From the NCBI RefSeq assembly GCF_035594765.1, contig NC_085842.1:10043256-10107255 (forward strand): a stretch of 64,000 nt of DNA. Direction: 5' to 3'. How positions within the stretch are numbered: the first letter of the stretch is position 1; every line of letters begins with the position of its first letter. Made by a program: the position numbers and the translations under genes. Positions 53,216 to 64,000 of this stretch are shown here, piece by piece. This DNA comes from Anolis carolinensis (taxonomy: Eukaryota). Below the pieces are notes generated by a model, which saw nothing but the letters and a program-made list of their open reading frames with translations, was not told the origin of the DNA and made no database searches.

Positions 53216-54961
53216 GTTGGAACCACTCTGGTGAAGAACCCAACAGTATCCAAGATGCTTTTCCTTCCTCTCCTTTCTTTCAAGGGAAGGAAATCCCTCC
53301 ACAGGCTCTACTCCCAAATTCTCAGCCAAAAATCACATTTCCTCTGTGAAAGAAAGGCAGAAAGGTTGTGGGACCAGGCTTTTGAGCAATAGTAGCAGCA
53401 GAAATGACAACTATATGATCCAAGGTATAATGACAGACTGCGTTTGGACTTGAAATGTATATTTATAAAGGTTTGAATGTAATTTAATTTAAATGGAATT
53501 TTGAAATGTGATTGTAGTTGTTTGATATATGTGTTTCATATTGTAAGCAGAACCAACTGCTACAGACAAAAAACAAGCCAGCTGGGAAGCTGCATCAATT
53601 TCTTCTGAAAGATTTTACAATTGATGAAGAAATTAAAAAACCTATGATTCAGTGGGTGAAAAGTCTAGGCTGAGCAATACGTCCACGAGAATGGGAAGAG
53701 CTCTGGTAAAAATGACTAAAATTTACAAGGAGTCACACAATTAAATAAAATTTCAACAAAATGATACATAGATGGTACATAACTCCAGAAAAACTCTCAA
53801 ATACACACACACACATGATATGTTGGGACTTGCCCAAATTCTAACGAATTCTGAATAAAAATCCACACAGACATGGAAACTATTCTAGAGTACAAAATCC
53901 CATTAAAACCATAACTTTTTCTACTGGGAAACATCAAGAAAGACTCTTTCTTTATATGACAACAGAAGCAAGACCTGAATACGCAAAACTATGAAAACAA
54001 CAAGACATGCCAACACCAGAAAACTGGATTACAAAAGGTTTTGAAATGGCCAAATAGGACAAACTAACTTTAGCTGTACAACAAACAAATACACAGAAAC
54101 TTCCAAGAAGAATGGAAGCCATTCATTGAATTCACAAAGCAAAGGAAGATGGCCACAGCAGGATCTGTTGACTAAAATATTATTAATAGTATACAGTTAC
54201 ATTTTGTACTATTTCTGAACTCTTTATTCAAGAGACTTTGAATAATTGACCTATCAGCACTCTTTGATTAGAACACAAAAGGTTGCTAGCCTTGTTAATT
54301 AGGTATTTTAGAGCGACAACATATATATTAATACATATTTGTGTAGTGTTTAAATAAAAGAAGATAACAACGTAACATAGTGAATTCTTACCCACACAAT
54401 CCTAATTTACTAACTAATGGAATTGATATTTTAGATCTATATGGCAGTCGTTATGATATGAAATACATGCAAAGAACTGGAAAAGAAGGCGGGAAGGAGA
54501 GTGGATAGTGTGGGAAGGCAAAGTCCTGAGGACAAGAGTGCATTCGTTTCTGTCACAGAGGACATTTGGATCTTCCAAAACTTTAGACACTGTCTATAAT
54601 ACTAGGAAGACAAGGCTTCTCTTCCCCCCTCCACCCCCTTCCTTTTCCTCATGATACAGAAGACATTGATATAGTTCTTTTAAAAAATATAGACACCCCT
54701 TGTTATACAGCAGACGCATAATATTCAATATTCAAAACAATTCTACAATACATTTTTGCATCCACTGTTATTTTCACCCATATATATATATATATTATCC
54801 CATACCACCGTGTGTGTGTCCCCCGTCCCCCCCAAGCAATTTCTTTGATACCTCATCTGTCCCAAATTTCGTTTCCTCTTGTGGAGGTCATTCTCCATCC
54901 CTCCATCTCAGGCCAGGAAGGAAGGAGTGAGAGATGGAGGCGGGACACACAAATAAAGTTG

Positions 54962-55130
54962 TTGCTGAGGTGTTCCTGCGAGTATCTTTGTAGATCTTAG
55001 GAAACTATTTCTTGATTTAAGGCATTGACATGCTGGCTGATATCCAAAGAGGGGATGGGCCAGAGATGTCACTGCCTTGGTCCTTTCATTACAGGCTGCT
55101 ACTTCCCCACAGATGTCAGATGGTGCCATA
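54962..55130 (-). mobile_element. short LINE fragment (Vingi-like)
   Basis: HPLFGYQPACQCLKSRNSFL motif. Confidence 0.55.
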
Positions 55131-55700
55131 ATAATCATCATAATCATCATAATAAATACCATTTCATTTCTAGACTGCCCTCTCTCCCCAGAGGGACTCA
55201 ACAGTATCATTTCTCCCGTGGTGTGGGGCGCAGACATCCTGTGAGGGTGCGGCATGTCTCATGAAGAGCCACGTCCACTGTTTGAACGTGGTGAGATGTC
55301 TTCCCCACTGGGCCTGTGAATTCAGCAGCAGAGGAGCCAAGCGCCTGTCTTTCCAGGGCCTGGTTGGGATCCCCAGGTTGTGCCAGTCAGCTTTTGTACC
55401 ATGTGATTTCTACCACCCACTTTTGGCTTGAGAGTCAAGCAGGGCTTCTTGTTGATTGCTGTCTTGTATATTGTTCCTGTTTTGTATGGGATCTTTCTGT
55501 GAGCCACGCCGAGTCCCCTCTGGGGGAGATGGTGGCAGGATACAAATGTTGTTGTTGTTGTTGTTGTTGTCCCTTTGTCTGCATGTCCCTCTGTTGTGAA
55601 TGTCCATGCCAGCTGATCCCTGGGGGCCCCTCCCTTTCCGAGCGCCCTTCCTTCCTTCCTTCCTTCTCTTGGTCTGTTGACCTCCCTTCCCCAGTCCCTT

Positions 55701-55749
<49 letters not shown>

Positions 55750-55752
<3 letters not shown>

Positions 55753-55864
55753 CAGTCTTGAGGTGGAGGTGAAGGGGAGGCCTGCGGGGCCTGAGGGGAG
55801 GCCTTCTGGGAGTTGGAGTCCAAAACCCCGCCCCGGAGGGAGGCCCGGAGCTTGCCCAGGCCTG

Positions 55865-55918
<54 letters not shown>

Positions 55919-56810
55919 GTGGTGGCCTGTGTTCCCAGGGAGAGAACGAGAGAGGAAGGCCCGCCTGGGAGTGGGCCAGGCCCGGGCCCTCCTCGGCCTC
56001 CCCTCCCTCCCTCCCTCCCTCCCTCCCTCCCTCCCTTGGGCCTTGGCTCCTCTTGGGCCCTCGGGAGGAGGCCTGGCCACGAGACTCACCAGGACTGACG
56101 AGGCGGAGGACGAGGCCNNNNNNNNNNNNNNNNNNNNNNNNNNNNNNNNNNNNNNNNNNNNNNNNNNNNNNNNNNNNNNNNNNNNNNNNNNNNNNNNNNN
56201 NNNNNNNNNNNNNNNNNNNNNNNNNNNNNNNNNNNNNNNNNNNNNNNNNNNNNNNNNNNNNNCAGGCCTCGGCCTTCCCAACGGTCACTCAGCCCGTCAC
56301 ATGACCCGCGGGCGGGAAGGCCAGGGCGAGGCTGCCCGGAGACTGGTGACGCGGAGAGACCAGGCCGATCCCCATTGGCCCATTTCTGGAAGGACCCTTC
56401 ACGGCCCAAGGGCGAGGGGAGGGTCGGGGGCGTTCCTGCCCGGAGACCGATGACGCGCGAGAGGAAGGCGGGTTCCCATTGGCGGACCGTGAAGCGAAGG
56501 GGGGAAGGCGGGGGGGGGGGGAGAAGCGCCTAGTTCCCTCAGGCGAAGCCCCGCCTTCCACCCTTTCCTGTGAGCGCCCTTCGAGGAAGAGGGAGGAGGA
56601 GGAGGAGGAGGAGGAGGAGGAGGAGGAGGAGGCCTTTCGGGAGAGAGAGAGAGAGAGAGAGGAGCAGGTCAGGGGCAGCTGGGGGAGGGTTCGGGGTCCC
56701 TGCTGACGGGCCTCCCTTCCCCGTCCGGCCTTGGTCTGTCTGTCTGTCCCGGGGAGGCTGCGGCCTGCTCGGCCCTCCAGGCCCTCTGCGCATGCGCCTT
56801 CCAAAACGGG
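55750..56810. promoter_or_regulatory. CpG-island promoter 3, between divergent C2 (-) and A2 (+); contains gap 56118-56262
   Basis: - strand donor ctg|gtgagt at 56090; two fixed-spacing modules; MYB site CAACGG 56279; NRF1 site TGCGCATGCGC 56787-56797. Confidence 0.8.
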
Positions 56811-57119
56811 GCAGCCAGGTTGCTGACACCACCCCCCCTCCACTGACTGACAGCCTGTCACTGGGCACAAGTCAAAGGGCTGGTGATGGCCTTTCAAGCC
56901 CTGGATGGTTCAGGTCCAGACTGTTTGGCTGATCCCATCTCATGGGCTACGCTTTTGGGATGTTGTGTTTTAGAGGCACTGATGTATTAATTCCTTGGGA
57001 TTGGAATGCATTTGATTGTATATTGTTGGGATTGGTCCCCAGAGAAACCACCCCAAGTTCCCTCGCAGAGATGGCGCGGGATACAAAAATAAAGTTGTTG
57101 TTGTTATTATTATTATTTG

Positions 57120-57720
57120 AAACATAACAAGATGAGTCCACAGCAGACACTCTGCTGGCTGTCTTGGATCACACCTCGGACACTTCCCCAATGTCTAGGA
57201 CTGTGTGATGTATCGGCGAGTAATGCGTGCCTCTCCCAATAAGGTGGCCTTCTGCAGCTGGCAGAGGGTAATTTTGTCAGCGCCGATTGTGTTTAAGTGC
57301 AGGCCAAGGTTTTTAGCCACTGCACCCACTGGGACCACCTTGACTGGCTTGTGCCAGAGTCCTTGTAATTCGATCTTTAAATTATCATGTCAGCTTTTCT
57401 AGTTGTTTCTCCTCAATCCTGCTGTCACCTGGGATGACAATATTGACAGTCCATACTTTTTTTTAACACGATCGTGAGGTCAGGGGTCTTGTGCTCCAAA
57501 ACCCTGTCTGTCTGAATTCGGAAGTCCCAGAGTAGCTTGACATGTTCATTCTCTGTAACGTTTTCGGGCTTGTGATTCCACCAGTTCTTTGTTGCAGGCA
57601 GATGGTATTTGTGGCACAAGTTCCAATTAATCATCTGAGCAACGGTGTTCTGCCTCTGCTTGTAGTCTGTCTGTGCAATCTTTCTGCAGCAGCTGAGGGT
57701 GTGATCTATTGTTTCATCTG
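57120..57720 (-). mobile_element. R4/Dong-clade non-LTR element fragment (restriction-like endonuclease region) flanked by (TTA)n
   Basis: HxxVAQMINWNLC...WWNHKPE..ENEHVKLLWDFRIQTDR..H..PD; TAA microsatellite on both sides. Confidence 0.82.
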
Positions 57721-57761
<41 letters not shown>

Positions 57762-58711
57762 GGAGCTCCTGATCTGCTGAACTGCTGTTGTTGCTGCTTT
57801 TCCCTTTTTGACGGCTTTGTCCTTTTTTGGAAATGGCAACAGACGCATAACCCGGACCCTTCCCTCGGCAGAGAGGGCCGTCCTGCGGAAAGAAGGGCGT
57901 CTGCAGGGAGGGATTGGCGGAGGCCATGCAGAAGAAGCTCCAGGCCGAAGTGGAGAAGGACCAGCAGGTGCCAAAAGGTGAGGCAGACGTGGGAGTAGTT
58001 TGGGTATCTTTAGCTGAGAGGGAAAGAAAGGCCGAGGGGACAGGAGAGCCAATATGGGGAAGGATGTCCCACTGAGGAGAAAAGGGCAAGTTTTTCCTGC
58101 TACTCTGGAGACTAAAATGGAAAGCAGTTGATTCACATTGTGGGAAAGAAGCTTCCAACTAAACATTGGGAAGCATTTCTGGATGGCAAGAGCAGTTCAG
58201 CCGTGGAAGCCTGGTCCCTTCTCAGGAGCCTCCCTTCCCAAGCCCTGGCCTTCCACTTCCGGGGACTCCATGTCCCAGAATCCCTGATCTTGGGCCAAGG
58301 CAGCTGAGGCTTCTGGGTGCTAAAGTCCAAGAAATCCCAGAGGAATAGAGTTTGGGAATCCCTGCTCAAGAGAGTGGAGGGAATAATGATAATAATAGTA
58401 ATAGGAATAACTTTATTTCTAACCCTCCCTCTCTCCCCAAAGGGAATGGCTCTCTTGGACTACAACGCCCAGAAACCCTCCTGGCATCAGGGTTGGAGGA
58501 ACCTGGGAGTTCTATCCCAAGACAAATATCTCCCAAGTCCTTGAGGAGGAGGCGGGGGAGGGGGAGGCGGCAGCCTTGGCCTAGGACTGAGACACGAGGA
58601 ATCCCCGAAGCCAGAGGGTTGGGAGAGACCCCAAGGGCCACCCAGCCCCACCACCTTCTGCCAGGCAGGGAAACACAATCCAAATCCTCCCCCAAAGACT
58701 CTAAAATCAAT

Positions 58712-59092
58712 GTGTTGTCAAAGGCTTTCATGGCCGGGATCACAGGGTTGTTGTATGTCTTTCGGGCTGTGTGGCCATGTTCCAGAAGCATTCTCTCCTG
58801 ACGTTTCGCCCACATCTATGGCAGGCATCCTCAGAGGTTAAAATCAGTAAATAAAAATCAACACTCAAAAAATGAGAATTGCAGGCATGAAACAATGGGT
58901 CAGCTAACACCTCCCAACAAAGGATTCCCCCAGGCAGAAAGCAGGCAGGCTTTGAAAATGAAATTCAGTGTCAATCAAGGTGGCCAGCTGCAACATTCAC
59001 ACTTGCCTCAGGCAGACAAGAGTTCTTTCTCCCACCCTTGTCATTACACAGATATATAAACCCCACGTGCCTAGTTTCCAACAGACCTCCAT
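58712..59092. mobile_element. Penelope-like element fragments; related pieces at ~48425-48635
   Basis: aggctttcatggccgggatcac...tctcctgacgtttcgcccacatctatggcaggcatcctcagagg. Confidence 0.65.
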
Positions 59093-59181
59093 TATGAAAA
59101 CGGGTGCCTTTTGGGAGATTGGAATGGAGTGATTTCACCAAAGAAAGACAAACTCTCGGGGAGGGGGATGCAAAGAATATA

Positions 59182-59600
59182 CTGTATATACGCAAGTATA
59201 AGCCTCTCCTCCTTTCCCGTGCAGCGCACAACTTCCTCTCCTCGGCACTCGTCTTTCCCACTTTTCTTTATTCGTATACACACTGCATTTCCCCCAAAAT
59301 GTATAGTTAAAATAAACTATGGTGATTATTGGAAGAATATATAAGCACATTTACATTGAAGAAGCTTAGAATAATAATTTAATCACAGTTGGAAAGTCTT
59401 AAATTGCAGTTGTATGTAAATATTCAAAAACATTTAACCTTCTGATGCCTCCATTAATCTAATTTTATTGCTATCTATTTTTATTTTGAAATGTACCAGT
59501 ACCTGCTGCATTTCCCACCCCGTCTTATACTTGAGTCAATAGTTTTTCCCAGTTTTTTGTGTTAAATTAGGTGCCTCGGCTTTTACTCGAGTATATACAG
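59182..59600. mobile_element. Tc1/mariner-pogo-type MITE with TA flanks
   Basis: ta|ctgtatatacgcaagtataagcc ... ggcttttactcgagtatatacag|ta. Confidence 0.8.
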
Positions 59601-59604
59601 TACA

Positions 59605-60680
59605 CAATTTTCAGAAAGACAAAATACTTTCTCTAGAATGGAAAAGATATGGATATCTGCCAAACTCAAAACCTGTTCAAAAGACAGAACTCCTACCCAA
59701 AACTATCTCAGATCATAATCCAGTGACTCTAGTAATTAAAAAGAAAGTAAAAAATGGCCCTTCCCCATTTCGGCCCATTTCGGCACATGTTGCACTTTGC
59801 CTGGGTTCTATGAATTAGTCTCCAGTGTTAATATTGTATGTTTTATGTTGATTTAACGATTGTTTTTACTGTAATTGATGTTTTTATTGGATAACTGTTT
59901 TATTGCTGTGTTTTGATATTTGATTGTTTTATCGGGCAAGGCCCCATGTAAGCCGCCCCGAGTCCCTTCGGGGAGATGGGGCGGGGTATAAAAATAAAGT
60001 TATTATTATTATTATTAAAAACACTTAGATGGCAGCTGAATGAATCACTACTGCAAAAGGAGGACGTAATTGAGAATTTGAAAGAAAAACTGAAAGAATA
60101 TTTGGAACTTAATTTAAATCAAGTTACAGATATTCAAACAGTATGGGATGCCAGTACAGCTTATATTAGAGGATACTTTATAAAATGCAACACTGAAATG
60201 AGAAAGAATAGACAGAAATATTTTCAGATAATTTCAGATGATATTAAAAAAAGAACAGGAGTTAAAGAAAAATCCTTTGAATTCAAACATTCTAACTCAG
60301 ATAAAACTCCTACAAAAGCAATTATTGTGTTACTAGTTAATGAATTGGAAACTAAAATAAAGAATGCAAAAAAAAATATTTTGAATCAGCTAACAAACCA
60401 AGGAAATAGTTAGCATATACGTTGAGGAAAGAAAGCCCAAAAATGTAATTGTCAATTCTTTATTTATGTATTTATTTATTTATGACATTTCTACCCCGCC
60501 TTTCTCTACCCTGAAGGGGACTTACTGTTAAGATACAACATGACGATAAAATATTAATAGATGATATCAATATTCAACAGGCTTTAAAACATTATTACAT
60601 TAATTTATATAAGGCTGACCACATATCTCTACAAGACATTGAGAATAATTTAATTCAGCGAAAGACGCCAAAAATAAAGG
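59605..60680 (+). mobile_element. L1 ORF2 fragment (endonuclease C-terminal region), interrupted by an L2 3' end at ~59755-60015
   Basis: ISDHNPV...WQLNESLL...VWDASTAYIRG. Confidence 0.82.
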
Positions 60681-61226
60681 TTCACAGTTCACAGCCTGTT
60701 ATGCCTTCAGCTTTGCTGCATTGTTGGATTTTAATCGGTAGGGTTGGATTTTATTTTGTGCAGAGTATCTTTGCGCACCGTCCCCTTTGGACCTGAGGAG
60801 GGATAGTTTGTTGTTAGGCAAGTGTTAAAGCATTTCTCACCAGGCAATGGGCTCACCCTCTTCCCCTGGGTTTGTTACAGCACGAGACTTGTTTTTCATG
60901 TTCCATGAGATCTTTCTCTGTTCAACTCCTGAAGAGATTTTCCCCTCATTTGTCTGCAGGTAACTTCTGAAAAAGCTCTGCAAAGAATACGTTGTGAGAG
61001 CTTTGCCCAAGGAGTGCTCTAAGTCTAAAGGGACTTCAAAATACACAGCAATGACAACAAGAAAAAATAAGTAGTAAAAATATATTTCAAGCTACAAACC
61101 TATGCAGTTAAGAGGAGGAAATAAGATTGTGCTGAAAAAAGAGAGGCTTGGGAAAGCGAGCAGAAGGCTACAGCAATACAAAGACTGTGCTGCTCAGGAG
61201 GTTATATCTGTGAACCCCTGGCATAA

Positions 61227-64000
<2,774 letters not shown>

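Overview
Vertebrate genomic DNA, most likely from a squamate; the repeat content (L2, CR1, L1, R4-clade, Penelope, Tigger, hAT MITEs, tRNA-SINEs) resembles Anolis, which is an inference. The window appears to hold one ~61.7-kb unit of a tandemly duplicated C2H2 zinc-finger gene cluster: sequence at ~1-2270 recurs at offset 61,731 with near-identical flanks. Inside it is an older duplication (~6.8-24.1 kb vs ~30.3-54.8 kb). Each half carries a + strand finger-only ZNF ORF (B1 11 fingers, B2 21 fingers) convergent with a - strand SCAN-(KRAB)-ZNF gene. C2 reconstructs as an intact 686-aa SCAN-KRAB-13xC2H2 gene, while C1 lacks the KRAB exon. A third + strand array (A, at both window ends) is split by a recurrent identical 2-bp linker deletion that creates an immediate stop (HTGEAT*), leaving mostly intact fingers out of frame downstream. 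Three CpG-island promoters carry seven copies of a fixed-spacing GGAGAC-N3-TGACG-N22-ATTGG module (RFX/CRE/NF-Y, resembling the MHC X1-X2-Y boxes) plus MYB sites. All alignments and counts were done by eye; repeat family names are from motif recognition, not database searches.
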